Below, piece by piece: positions 34,639 to 45,498 of a stretch of DNA of 64,000 nucleotides. The position numbers were made by a program, and so were the translations under genes. The DNA is taken from assembly GCA_963806035.1 (NCBI GenBank), contig CAWDWO010000004.1, forward strand, positions 1 through 64,000, given 5' to 3'. Source of the stretch: Candidatus Krumholzibacteriota bacterium (lineage in GTDB: Bacteria; Krumholzibacteriota; Krumholzibacteriia; JAJRXK01). The first letter of the stretch is position 1. Every line of letters begins with the position of its first letter. A model generated the notes under the pieces. It saw only the letters and a program-made list of their open reading frames with translations, was not told where the DNA came from and did no database searches.

Positions 34639-35976
34639 TCAGCGAAATACTCCGAAGACGTCCAGAAGCACCACGAAGATCACCACGGGGCAGATGTAGC
34701 GGATGAACACGCCCCAAAAGGCGATGCCGCGATCGGTGATCCCGCTGCCCAGCTTCAGCTCCTCCCCCGCCCTCTTGACGCCCCAGATCCAGCCCACGAA
34801 GACGCTCAAGAGCAATCCACCCAGCGCGAGGGAGATGTTGCCCCAAATGAAATCCATGATGCCCAGGACACTCTCCTTCCCGAAGAGTTGCATGTGGGTG
34901 AGGCTACCCACGGCTCCCTGGGAGAGCGCGGCCGGCAGTCCCAGGAGGAAGGTGACGAATCCGACCGACCAGGCCGATTTCTTGCGCGACCAATGGCGCT
35001 CGTCCACGAAGTAGGCCACCACCACCTCGAGCAGAGAGACGGTGGAAGTCAGAGCGGCGATCCCCAGCAGTACGAAAAAGACCACCGAGACCATCGATCC
35101 CATCGGCATGGAGGCGAAGACCTTGGGCAACACGACGAAGACCAGCGAGGGGCCCGCGTCGGGACTCTCCCCCATGGCGAAGACAGCGGGGAAGATCATG
35201 AAGCCGGCCAGCACCGCGATCAGGGTGTCGAAGAAGGCCACGAAGGCGCCAGCCGTTCGCAGATCCGCGCCCTTGGGCAGATAGGACCCATAGGTGATCA
35301 TGGCCCCCATGCCCAAGCTCAAGGAGAAAAAGGCCTGTCCCAGCGCGGTCAGGACGGTGCTCGTCGTCACTTGTGAGAAGTCGGGTTTCAAGTAGAAGCT
35401 CAGACCCGCCATGGCTCCCGGCAGAGTCAGGCCGCGCAGAATGACCAGCAGCATCAGGACCAGGAGAACGGGCATGAGCACTTTCGCCGTGCGCTCGATT
35501 CCGCTCTCGACCCCACCCAAGACCACACCGATGGTCAAGATCATGAAGAGGGCGAAGAGGGGAATCGTCACCAGGGCATCGCCGGTGAACGCGCCGAATT
35601 CCATGTGGGGCGCCACGAAGCTCTTGAAGATGTAGCCCAGAGTCCAGCCCGCGATGACCGCGTAGTAGCTCAAGATCCCCACGCCGGTGAGGACCCCCAG
35701 GGCGCCGGCCCATGCCCAGAGCGAACGGCGGCCACGAATGGCCTCGATGGCGCCAACTGGGTTCTTGTGGCTGTAGCGGCCCAGCACGAGCTCGGCAAAG
35801 AGGTAGGGCAGGCAAATCAGAACCACACAGGCCAGATAGAGCAGCACGAAGGCGGCTCCTCCGTACTCGCCCGCCACATAGGGGAAACGCCAGATGTTGC
35901 CCAGACCGATGGCCGAACCGGCCGCGGCCAGGATGAAGCCCGTGCTCGATCCCCACTGTCCACGCGCTTGCTCCAT
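34639..35976 (-). CDS. Sodium-dependent transporter (NSS/SNF family)
   Basis: AGSAIGLGNIWRFPY, QAFFSLSLG, GPSLVF, ALTS; about 11 TM segments. Confidence 0.94.
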   Translation of the reverse strand: MEQARGQWGSSTGFILAAAGSAIGLGNIWRFPYVAGEYGGAAFVLLYLACVVLICLPYLFAELVLGRYSHKNPVGAIEAIRGRRSLWAWAGALGVLTGVGILSYYAVIAGWTLGYIFKSFVAPHMEFGAFTGDALVTIPLFALFMILTIGVVLGGVESGIERTAKVLMPVLLVLMLLVILRGLTLPGAMAGLSFYLKPDFSQVTTSTVLTALGQAFFSLSLGMGAMITYGSYLPKGADLRTAGAFVAFFDTLIAVLAGFMIFPAVFAMGESPDAGPSLVFVVLPKVFASMPMGSMVSVVFFVLLGIAALTSTVSLLEVVVAYFVDERHWSRKKSAWSVGFVTFLLGLPAALSQGAVGSLTHMQLFGKESVLGIMDFIWGNISLALGGLLLSVFVGWIWGVKRAGEELKLGSGITDRGIAFWGVFIRYICPVVIFVVLLDVFGVFR

Positions 35977-36047
35977 CGAGTTCTCCTGCTAGCTTGAGGA
36001 CCTTGCCGTGCCGGACTCTTCTGAGAGTCGCGGCGCCGTTGGCGGGC

Positions 36048-36077
36048 AGTGTATGCAAGCCGCCGAGAGCGGGTCAA
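36048..36077 (-). promoter_or_regulatory. sigma70 promoter for NSS transporter
   Basis: Minus strand TTGACC-N18-TACACT. Confidence 0.55.
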
Positions 36078-36089
36078 GGAGAGGCCTGA

Positions 36090-36458
36090 ATGAGAACTCG
36101 ACTGGTGAAGGACTTTCAGTTCGAGGCGGCACACCGGCTGCCCCGTGTCCCCGAGGGGCACAAATGCGGGCGACTGCACGGTCACAGCTTCAAGATCCAG
36201 GTGGAAGTCGCAGGAGAAATCGACCCTGATACCGGTTGGCTCATCGACTACGCGCAGATCGCCGAGGCGTTTCGACCGCTCCGCGAAATTCTCGATCACC
36301 GCTATCTCAACGAGATCGAGGGGCTGGAGAATCCGACTTCGGAAGTGCTCGCGGCCTGGCTTTGGCAGCGCCTGATCGCCAGTTTGCCGCAGCTCGCCCG
36401 GGTGACGGTGCAGGAGACCTGTAGCGCGCGCTGCGTTTACGAGGGACCGAACGCTTGA
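36090..36458 (+). CDS. queD: 6-carboxytetrahydropterin synthase
   Basis: [30 protein letters not shown]. Confidence 0.95.
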   Translation: MRTRLVKDFQFEAAHRLPRVPEGHKCGRLHGHSFKIQVEVAGEIDPDTGWLIDYAQIAEAFRPLREILDHRYLNEIEGLENPTSEVLAAWLWQRLIASLPQLARVTVQETCSARCVYEGPNA

Positions 36459-36464
36459 AACGGC

Positions 36465-36626
36465 TCAGTGTCTCTTGCCCACCACCGCAGCGATGATGAG
36501 CCCGATGGGACCCAGCAGCGCCCCCAAGATGAAAAAGCCGCAACCGCTTCTGCCTTTGGACGTGGCGATCCAAGCGGAAAGGACTCCGAATAGTAGCCAG
36601 AGGGGAATGCCGATTGCGAGTTCCAA
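36465..36626 (-). CDS. Small 2-TM membrane protein (53 aa)
   Basis: TTG start after GAGGAGG; IATSKGRS...GALLGPIGLII motif. Confidence 0.7.
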   Translation of the reverse strand: MELAIGIPLWLLFGVLSAWIATSKGRSGCGFFILGALLGPIGLIIAAVVGKRH

Positions 36627-36648
36627 GGACGACCTCCTCAGCCAGAGT

Positions 36649-37560
36649 TCAACGACATTGATCCAGTACGTCTTGCGCGGCCTGTGCGGTTCCAAAATGT
36701 AACCGCGCCGTCTCCTCCGCGCTTCCGGCGTATCCGCCGGCCAAAAAGATGGCGACGGGAACCCGGGCCCTCCGATAGCGCGAGAACACCAGCTCGTCGC
36801 GACGTCTGAGCCCCTCCTCGGTGAGAGCCAAGCCGCCGAGTTGATCGCGCAGGAAGGGATCTACCCCCGCGACATAGCAGACGAGCTGCGGGTCGGCAAA
36901 TCTCTCATCGACGGTATCGAGATCCTCCCCAAGTCTCTCGAGATACTCCTCGTCGCGCACTCCATCGGGAAGACCGGTATCGAGATCGCTGCGTTGCTTC
37001 AGCGGGTAGTTGTGCTCCTGGTGAATCGAATAGGTGAAAGTGTCCTCATCGAGTTTGTAGATCAGGGCCGTGCCGTTCCCCTGATGCACGTCGACGTCGA
37101 GGAAGAGAACACGTTCCAGGTCCGTTTCGGCGCGTGCCTTTTCCACCGCGATCGCCATGTCGTGAAAGTAGCAGAAGCCTTCCGCGTGATCGGGAAATGC
37201 GTGATGGAAACCACCACCAATGCAAAAGCCCATTCCCCTGTCGAGCGCGAGTCTCACCGTTTGTGCGCTGGCTCCGAGCAGTCGTCTAAAGGCGGAAATC
37301 ACTTCTCGGGTCACGGGTAGCTCACTACTCGTGGTCGCCCAGGTCTTCCGGGCCTGCTCGAGATCCGAAAGGTAGCGCGGGGTGTGAATGCGAGCGATGT
37401 CTTCGGCGCTCACCTCGGTGGGATCGTGAAAGTGCTCCTCCGGGGCTTTCAGTTCCTCTTGAAGCAAGCGGGTGAGGATGGAGTATTTCGCCAGCGGAAA
37501 GGGATGATCTCCGATGTCCAGCGACTCTTCCATGCCCCGCACGTACTCGAGTTCCGGCAT
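36649..37560 (-). CDS. Histone deacetylase-family protein
   Basis: HPFPLAKY, GGFHHA, GFC, DVDVHQGNGT, AGVDP, AGGY. Confidence 0.92.
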   Translation of the reverse strand: MPELEYVRGMEESLDIGDHPFPLAKYSILTRLLQEELKAPEEHFHDPTEVSAEDIARIHTPRYLSDLEQARKTWATTSSELPVTREVISAFRRLLGASAQTVRLALDRGMGFCIGGGFHHAFPDHAEGFCYFHDMAIAVEKARAETDLERVLFLDVDVHQGNGTALIYKLDEDTFTYSIHQEHNYPLKQRSDLDTGLPDGVRDEEYLERLGEDLDTVDERFADPQLVCYVAGVDPFLRDQLGGLALTEEGLRRRDELVFSRYRRARVPVAIFLAGGYAGSAEETARLHFGTAQAAQDVLDQCR

Positions 37561-40404
37561 CAGGAGTACCGCTTCAGTTCAGCGGCCAGATAACGGCCCG
37601 TATGCGACTTCTTCACCCGCACAACCTTTTCGGGAGGTCCTTCGGCGAGTATCCGTCCTCCACTCTCTCCCCCTTCGGGCCCTAGATCGATGATCCAATC
37701 CGCGGTTTTGATGACGTCCAGATTGTGTTCGATGATGACCACGGTGTTGTTGGCATCGACGAGACGGTGAAGAACCGAGAGGAGTCGTTTGATGTCGTGG
37801 GAATGAAGGCCGGTGGTGGGCTCATCCAACACGTAGAGGGTGCGGCCCGTCGCCTTCCGCGCCAATTCCCGCGATAGTTTCACTCTCTGTGCCTCTCCCC
37901 CACTCAGAGTGGTCGCCGGCTGACCCAGCTTGATGTAGTCGAGTCCCACGTCGTGGAGAGTCTGTAGAATTTTGCTGATCTTAGGCTGATTGGCGAAGAA
38001 TTCCAGCGCTTCCTGCACATCCATGTCCAGGACCTCGGCGATGGATTTCCCCTTGTAACGGCACTCGAGCGTTTCCGCCTGGAAACGCTGGCCTTTACAG
38101 ACCTCACAGCTGACCCACACGTCGGCCAAAAAGTGCATGGAGATCTTCTTTTGGCCGTGCCCCTCACAGGCTTCGCAACGCCCCCCCTTGACGTTGAAGG
38201 AGAATCGCCCCGGCTTGTAGCCGCGCGCCTTGGACAGAGGAAGCTGGGCGAAGATCTCCCGAATCAGAGTGAAAACCTGCACGTAAGTCGCCGGATTGGA
38301 GCGCGGAGTACGGCCGATGGGGTCCTGATTGATGTCGATCACCTTGTCGACCTGGTGCACTCCGTTGATGCGTTTGAACGGGCCCACTCGCAATTGTCGG
38401 TCGGAGAGCCGGTTGGCGAGAGCCGGATAGAGCGTCTCGTTCACCAGCGAACTCTTGCCACTGCCCGAAACACCGGTCACTGCGGTGAACACTCCCAAAG
38501 GGAAGGAAACATCGAGGTTCTTGAGATTGTTCAGCCGCGCGCCTCTGAGGGTGATGGCCGCTCGACCCGGTTTTCTGCGCTGCTTGGGAACTTCGATCCG
38601 CAGCTTGCCCGTCAGGTAGGCTCCGGTCAGGCTTCGTGAAGAGGCGCGACGCAGCTTGGGAACGCTGCCCGAGAACACGATCCGTCCGCCATTGATACCG
38701 GCCCCCGGTCCGAAATCGACGACATGGTCCGCGCTCGCGATGGTCTCGGCATCGTGCTCCACCACGATCACGGTGTTCCCCATGTCCCTGAGATCCGCCA
38801 GAGTTTTCAAAAGGCGCGCATTGTCTCTTTGGTGCAGGCCAATCGAAGGCTCGTCCAGAATGTAGAGCACTCCCACCAAACGCGATCCGATCTGGCTCGC
38901 GAGACGGATGCGCTGACTCTCCCCTCCGCTGAGAGTCGGCGCGGCGCGATCGAGGGTCAGATACTCCAGTCCGACGTCGAGAAGGAACTCCAAGCGGGTC
39001 CTCACTTCCCGAAATGCGTCCTCCGCCACCTGCGCTTTCGATTTGGGAACTTTGAGTTTGGCGAAATAATGGTGCGCCTCCTCGATGGAGAGCCGATTCA
39101 ACTCGGCGAGATTCAGCGCACCCAGCTTCACGGCCAAGCTCTCCGGGCGCAGCTTGCTTCCCTTGCACTCGGGACAAACTCCCTCGTGGAGAAACTGGGC
39201 GTAGTAGCGGCGACGACGCTCGCTGCGCGTCTGCCGCACGAGCCGCTCGACCTCGGTAGCGACCCCGACCACTCTACCCTCGAAGTCTCCGCGGAACCGC
39301 TCACTCTCGTAGCGGTAGGTGAGCGTGGTCTTCTCGTCGCCGTAGAGTAGGAGTTTGCGATCGCGCTTGGAGAGCTTCTTCCACGGGCGGTTCAAGTCGA
39401 TAGAATAGTGTTCGGCGATCTGAAGCAGACGTTGATTCCACCAGCCCAGACTGTCCTTCTCCTCGAGATTGCCCATCAGTGCCAGCGCCCCCGCCATCAC
39501 CGATTTCTCAGGATCCAGCACGAGGCGATCCGGGTCGGCCTGCAAGAGGGTTCCCAGACCGTTGCAGCTGGAACACGCACCCCTTGGAGAATTGAAGGAG
39601 AAGTGCTGGGGGATGAGCTCCTCGAAGGATATCCCGCAGTGAACGCAGGCGTAGTCCTCTCCCAGCAAGACCTCCTCGCCTTCCTCGCTCTCGGCCAGGA
39701 GCAGTCCGCCCGAGAGTCGCAGGGCGGTTTCGATGCTGTCCACCAACCGCGATGCGCTGGCCTTCCCCACCACGAACGCGGTCGATGAGAACCTCCAGGT
39801 CGTGGGTCATGGTCTTGCTGAGACGCGGGGCTTCGCCTTCCTGGAGATCGTGGTAGCCCCCGTCGATGCGCAGTCGAGTGAACCCTTCGTTGCGCAGCTT
39901 GCGCAAGAGCTCGCGATACTCCCCCTTGCGTCCGCGCACGAGCGGCGAATAGAGAATGAGGCGCGTGCCGGAGGGAAATTCCCGCAGGCGCTGCGCCATC
40001 TGTCCCGGAGTCTGCCGTCCCACTTTCCTGCCACAGCGGTGGCAGTGCTGCACACCGAGCCTGGCGAAGATGACGCGGAGATAGTCTTGAATCTCGGTGA
40101 CGGTGCCGACCGTGGAACGGGGATTCCGGCTGGGGGCCTTCTGATCGATGGAGATGGCCGGGCTGAGCCCTTCGATGCGATCGACCTGCGGCTTCTCCAT
40201 CTGACCCAAGAACTGCCGCGCGTAAGAGGAGAGGCTCTCCACGTAGCGCCGCTGCCCCTCGGCGTAGAGAGTGTCGAATGCCAGCGAGGACTTTCCGCTC
40301 CCGGAGACGCCCGTGAACACCACGAGCTCGTCGCGGGGAATCTCGAGGTCGACGTTCTTCAAATTGTGCTGACGCGCACCCTTGACGACGATGGTCTTCT
40401 TCAT
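37560..40404 (-). CDS. uvrA: Excinuclease ABC subunit A, interrupted by single-base frameshift near 39778
   Basis: N-part [23 protein letters not shown]-part [35 protein letters not shown]. Removing one base yields about 947 aa. Confidence 0.93.
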
Positions 40405-41901
40405 TGCTGCGACTGATGCTGCTTCATCAGCTGCTTGTAATTGGGAGGGCGCTCGTTCTCGGGAAGCAGGTCGTACCACCCCTCCCGGCGCGCGTAGCGG
40501 CGAGCGATGTCGTTTCTGGGATCGAGTTGGATCGCCCGGCCCACCCAATCGTGGAGCTGCTGTACTTTCTCGGGCGTATCCACCCCGCGTTTGATCAAAA
40601 TCATGGCCAGACCCGCATATCCTTCCGCAATCGTCGGATCGATTTTCAGTCCCTTCGAGATGAGCTTCTCTCCTGCGTCGAGATCGTTGTTGCCGGAGAA
40701 TTCGGCCAAGCCCATGCCGACCATTGCGCTGGCATTGTCTGGATCGAGCTTCAGTGCGCGGGTAAAGGACATCCTGGCCGTGACGAAGTTCCCCAGATAA
40801 ACGTTGGACCAGCCCACACCCACTAGAGCGTCCACCGATTCGGGGGAGTCGCGGAGCATGTCCTTGAATGCGGCGGCCGCTGCCTTGAATTGACGGTGGC
40901 TCAAGAGGATCTTCGCATGCAGATTGCGGGCACTTTCGTTCTGTGGAGCCCGCTTTAGAATCCAGCCCAGTTCGTCGCTGGCGGCCTGGTCCTCTTGCTG
41001 ATCGAAGAGAGCCTCGGCGTGCTGCAGGCGCAGAGAGATTTCCGTTTCGAGCAATTCATCCTCGGATACCCGCGTGAAATAAGAACCGAGGGCCAGGATC
41101 AGGATGATGCAGACGCTGAGCGCCAAGAGGGCCTTGCGTTGGCCCCCGCGCAAGGAGGCACTGATCGCGGCGATGCACACCCCGGAGAGCAACGCGAGCA
41201 GAGAAAGCACGGCCAATTCGAGGTTCGAGCCCAAAGGCCAGAACCAATCGACGAACACGAGAACCAAAAGGAAGACCGCAATCGAACGCGCCTCGCCGCG
41301 GCCCCGGAGAACCAAGAGACTGCTCAGACCCAGCGCGAACAGCGGAATCACTCCCAGCGAGATCCCCGGCGCGAGCAAGGGAATCTGCTTGCGCCAGAAG
41401 TGGAGCATCGCATCGCTCGGATGTACCGGGAGCAACACCGAAGATCCCAGTTGCGTGCTCCGCAGAAGAGGAAGCGCGAGGAGCAGCGCGATGAGGGCCC
41501 AAAGGGCCCAACCCAATCCTGAAATTCTCCCGCCGAAGCAGACGAGAGCCAGGCCGATCAGCAAAGCGAGGGTGAGCGCGACGTTTCCCGCCTGCAATCC
41601 GCTCAAAATGAGCGCGGGCCAACACACGGCGAGGACGATTCCCGCGCTCAGACCAGCCACCGCGCCGGCCACTGCCCGCGCGGTCCAGGCGACCGCGAGG
41701 ACCAAGAAGTCCGAACAGAATGGCGGAGAGCGTCCTCGTGCCGTGCGCATCCGGAAAAAACTGCGGATTCACCGAAGCCGGCAAGGACGCAAGGCGCAGG
41801 AAGATCGCCAGGGCCAGAGGCAAGAGCAAAAGCCAGACCGGGCCCTTTCTTATCTCCGCCGCGAACTCCCGCTCTTGGCTGTTGGATTCCCTTTCGCTCA
41901 T
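40401..41901 (-). CDS. Multi-pass membrane protein with C-terminal TPRs, frameshift near 41708
   Basis: N-terminus MSERES...LSAIL in one frame continues as LVLAVAW... in the adjacent frame; TPR motifs ([11 protein letters not shown]); ATGA overlap with uvrA. Confidence 0.7.
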
Positions 41902-42001
41902 TTCAGCTCTCTCTTCGGCAGATCGGCCGATTCTCGGATGTGAAGTTGGGGCCATGGAATGGCGAAGGATGCGCCCGCTCGACGGCGACGGAACCCGAAG
42001 C

Positions 42002-42778
42002 TCAGATCTCCTCGATCGACGAAGCCGGAACCCAGCCGATCAAGTCGCCGCCCAGATGGATCCGAGTCCACTGGGGCCTCTGCGTGTCCACGAAGACTCG
42101 CAGACCTTCGTGGATCTTAAAGGATAAATTGTAGTTCTCGCCAGGTCCACTCCGCACGTCGACTTCGGTCGTGGTGACGATCGCCGCCCGATGGCGCAGT
42201 TGATTGTCGGCATGGACGAGCGTCATCGTCGAGCACACGGCGAAGAGGCAGCAGAGGGCCCAGATCATGCCGCGTCCTTTGAGCCACGACGGGCGCCACC
42301 AAGCGCGCAGGGCTCCCACCAGAGCCAAGAGCAGCCAGAATCCCAGGGCGGCCCCGGTCCATTCGTCCAGACTGAAGTGGGAGTAAAGCCAGACCAGCGG
42401 CTTCAGGAACAATGGAATCGAGAGCGGGGCAAGGGCCTCGTCCTTGATCAATGCCTTCGCCTGCTTGAGGTTCTCGCGAGCGGCCGAGTTCCGTGGATCG
42501 CGCAGAAGGGCTCTACGGTAGTAGAGGATGGCCTTGCCCACGCTGCCCTTCTTGAACCAGGCGTTACCCAGATTGTAAAACAAAACCTCGTGGTTGAGCC
42601 CGGCATCGATCGCGGCTTGATAGTTTTCGATGGCGCCGTCGTAATCTCCCGCTTCGTAGGCGTGATTTCCCTGTGCCGCCAGGGACTGTGCCTTTGCCAA
42701 ATCTTCCGCGCGCGCACCGACCACAACGATCGAGAGAAAGAGCGCGGAAAGCGCGAGTCGTCGAGCGAGTTCAACCAC
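42002..42778 (-). CDS. batE: BatE-like TPR + SH3 protein
   Basis: Signal peptide, YNLGNAWFK, two TM segments, VRSGPG...HEG...GWV. Confidence 0.85.
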   Translation of the reverse strand: MVELARRLALSALFLSIVVVGARAEDLAKAQSLAAQGNHAYEAGDYDGAIENYQAAIDAGLNHEVLFYNLGNAWFKKGSVGKAILYYRRALLRDPRNSAARENLKQAKALIKDEALAPLSIPLFLKPLVWLYSHFSLDEWTGAALGFWLLLALVGALRAWWRPSWLKGRGMIWALCCLFAVCSTMTLVHADNQLRHRAAIVTTTEVDVRSGPGENYNLSFKIHEGLRVFVDTQRPQWTRIHLGGDLIGWVPASSIEEI

Positions 42779-44585
42779 GGCCCAACTCCTTTTCCAAATC
42801 CAGCAAAAGGGACCGCGCCTCGTCGCTGAGCCCGGACCCTTCCGCGGCCGCGGCGAAGCGCGCCTCGTCACAGTGGTCGAGCAAGTTCGTCACTCTCCTC
42901 TTCAGATCTTCGTCGGCACCCCTCGACTCCAACCATTCCAACAGCTCGGCACGGGTGAGTCCAGAAACCGGCCGGCGGGCCTTCGCCCCGAACCAGATCA
43001 TGAGCGCCTCGCTCGCCCGCTGCGCATCGCTTCCCTCGGCGGAGAGACGAGAGCTGGCGAGCTTGCGCGCCTGGCTCGCGCGGTGGCCCAGTGGGTCGGC
43101 CAGAAGTCGCCGGCGCCGCGTGGCGAGAGCAATCGAGGCGAGCCACAAAAGAGGAGCCAGAGCTCCGAGGACCCAGGTCGATCGGCGCAGAACGAGCGGG
43201 CCCGGGTAGGGCTTGAGGTTGCCACTCACAGCTTGGATGTGCAGGATGTCCTGCCCCAGGATCGCGATCTCCGTTTTGCCTCCGGTGGCAAAGGAGGAAA
43301 TGGGGGCCTCGTCCGAGGGAGAAACCTCGATCGTCACCGGCTTGGTCCTCAGATGCAGATAGCGCCGCTTCTTGGTGTCGAAGTAGACGTAATCGACCGG
43401 GGGAATGGTGTAGTTTCCCTCCTTCTGAGGAATGAGCAACTTGTCCACCTTGAGGCTGCCCCGCAGGACCCCGCCCGAGGGCCCGGAATCCAAAGAGGAA
43501 CCGGAATCGTGTTGGCGAAAATTCGACATCTGGGGAAGTTCGGGCTTGTTGGCGGCGGCCAAATAGCCGCTTCCGGAGAGCAAAAGTGAGACCGTGAGCG
43601 CGTCGCCCACTTTGAGGCTCGTTCGATCGGTCTTCATGCTCAGCTGCAGGTCGCTCCCCACCGTTCCCGCGAAACCGGCCGGTGCGCCGGGGGGCAGCTC
43701 TTTCACGTAGACCGGAATGGAGGGCGCGCGCAGGGTGATGTCGCCCCGAGGCGCCTGCCGGCGAAAGAACGAACCAAAAGGATCCTGGGGAATTCTGACC
43801 ACCGCTTCGCCGATCGTGAGCTCGCCGCTTCGCGTGGGGAAGAGCGCATAGAGAATCTGCGTGATGTCGTAGGGATACCCCTGGACATTCATCGTACTGT
43901 GGCGTTCTGGTGGCAGATCTTCGCGCCAGAAACCCTCGGTGGTCGGAGGCGTGTACTGCGGCGAATCGAAGACTCCCCCGCGCATCCCGCGATAGAAGGT
44001 GAAGGTGAGCACGACCTGCTCGCCGACCACAACCGTATCTTTGTCCACCGTCATGCTGACGAAGTAATCGTCTCCCGGTCCGCCCGAGCGCGTGCTCCTG
44101 GATCCCTTCGATTTCGGCGCGGTCGACGAAGTGGAGGGACTTCGATTTTGGGTGGGAGCGTTCGGGGATCCGGCCGGCACGACCTCCAGCGGAATTTGCT
44201 TGGTATGATAGGTGTTCCCGTCCGCCACCACCGCGATGGGCGCCAGCTGGTATTTCCCCGGTTCCAGGGGTCTCAAGTACCAGGTATAGGTGTGACTGGC
44301 GTGGACTTTGCCGTTCACGAAACTGAAGCTCTGGCTCGTCCCGCCACCGTAGACCTCGAAGGGACCGAAGTCGGGAAGCTGCGGATCCTCGATCTTGCGC
44401 ACCTCTCCTTCGATGTTCAGAGTCAAAACCACCTGCTCTCCCACCGCGAGCTTCGAGCGATCCACCGCGGCGCTGCAGGACACGGCGGCCGAGGCGCGCA
44501 AGGAGTTGCCGCACAAGAGTAGCGCGCCCAGCAGGAACCCCAGCCAGAGCCTCCGCCGATCGGGTGCGATCCGTCTACCAATCAT
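42771..44585 (-). CDS. batD: BatD family protein
   Basis: Signal peptide, SQSFSFVNG, ALFPTRSG, GTVG, YFD; position in bat operon. Confidence 0.88.
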   Translation of the reverse strand: MIGRRIAPDRRRLWLGFLLGALLLCGNSLRASAAVSCSAAVDRSKLAVGEQVVLTLNIEGEVRKIEDPQLPDFGPFEVYGGGTSQSFSFVNGKVHASHTYTWYLRPLEPGKYQLAPIAVVADGNTYHTKQIPLEVVPAGSPNAPTQNRSPSTSSTAPKSKGSRSTRSGGPGDDYFVSMTVDKDTVVVGEQVVLTFTFYRGMRGGVFDSPQYTPPTTEGFWREDLPPERHSTMNVQGYPYDITQILYALFPTRSGELTIGEAVVRIPQDPFGSFFRRQAPRGDITLRAPSIPVYVKELPPGAPAGFAGTVGSDLQLSMKTDRTSLKVGDALTVSLLLSGSGYLAAANKPELPQMSNFRQHDSGSSLDSGPSGGVLRGSLKVDKLLIPQKEGNYTIPPVDYVYFDTKKRRYLHLRTKPVTIEVSPSDEAPISSFATGGKTEIAILGQDILHIQAVSGNLKPYPGPLVLRRSTWVLGALAPLLWLASIALATRRRRLLADPLGHRASQARKLASSRLSAEGSDAQRASEALMIWFGAKARRPVSGLTRAELLEWLESRGADEDLKRRVTNLLDHCDEARFAAAAEGSGLSDEARSLLLDLEKELGRG

Positions 44586-45498
44586 GTTTGCTCTTGTTCT
44601 CCGTCTTTCGCAGACGCCTTTGGATGGAACGCCGTAACTCTTCCTCGTCGTGGTCGAGCGCATTGAGCAGGCGTAGGGCCTCGGCCGGGCTCATCACTCC
44701 CACCTTGGTCGCCATGCTATCGGACATGGCGGCCTGCGTCGAGTCAGGGCGGGCCGGCTGTTGCATGGTGCTGTCCTGCTCCGCAGACTGCTGCTCCTGT
44801 TGCTTGTCCTTTTTCTGCTCGTCCTGCTTGCCCTGCTCATTCTGCTGCGAATTTCCCGCTTGCTCCTGCTGTTTTTGGTCCTGTTGGGAATTCTTCTGCT
44901 GCTGCGATTTGGAATCCTTGCTCTGGTTCTGCTCCTGATCCTTGCCTTGCCCCTGATCCTGCTGCTGTTGCTTTTGATCCTGCTTCTGGTCGCCCTTTTG
45001 ATCCTCGTTCTGCTTCTGATCGGACTTTTGCTTTTCCTCCTTCTGCTTCTCGAGCAAACGCTGTGCGAGCTCGAGATTGTGCAGGAGGTTTGGGCTGGGC
45101 TTGCCGGCCAAGAGAGCCTTCTGGTAGAGAGAGAGGGCCTGGGCGGGGTCCTTCTTGGCCAGGGCGACATTTCCCGCGTTGTACAGCGCTTGCTGGTCCT
45201 GCTGGGGATCATCGGAACTCGACGCGGCCAAGAACTGGCTCATCGCCCCCTTGAGATCCCCGTCGGCATACAGGGCCTCACCCATCCCCATGCGATAGTC
45301 GGGATCCTGAGGACGGTAGGCTTGAGCGCGGGCATAGTTTTCGATGGCCGCCTTGGAGTCTCCTTGCTTCAGCTTCTCGCCCGCCTTCTCCGCCGCGCGG
45401 CGGGCCTTTTGGAGAGGATCCCAGGCCCGCGCGGAGCTGCTCTGGAAGAGACAGAGCAACAATGCCGAGAGCAAGAGGTGCCGCGCGCGAAACTTCAT
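44575..45498 (-). CDS. batC: BatC-like TPR protein with Q/K/D-rich linker
   Basis: YNAGN, HNLELA, long QQ/DQK tract, EALRLLNAL...HDW C-terminus. Confidence 0.85.
   Translation of the reverse strand: MKFRARHLLLSALLLCLFQSSSARAWDPLQKARRAAEKAGEKLKQGDSKAAIENYARAQAYRPQDPDYRMGMGEALYADGDLKGAMSQFLAASSSDDPQQDQQALYNAGNVALAKKDPAQALSLYQKALLAGKPSPNLLHNLELAQRLLEKQKEEKQKSDQKQNEDQKGDQKQDQKQQQQDQGQGKDQEQNQSKDSKSQQQKNSQQDQKQQEQAGNSQQNEQGKQDEQKKDKQQEQQSAEQDSTMQQPARPDSTQAAMSDSMATKVGVMSPAEALRLLNALDHDEEELRRSIQRRLRKTENKSKHDW
44760..45050 (-). repeat. Low-complexity Gln/Lys/Asp-rich coding tract
   Basis: Imperfect CAG/AAG/GAT codon repeats inside batC. Confidence 0.7.

Noticed and set aside
39770..39790. Programmed ribosomal frameshift in uvrA
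   Set aside because: No slippery heptamer or evident stimulatory structure; other indels in the window suggest sequence error.
44760..45050. Repeat array/CRISPR-like periodicity
   Set aside because: It is the Q/K/D-rich coding linker of BatC, with no constant repeat-spacer units.
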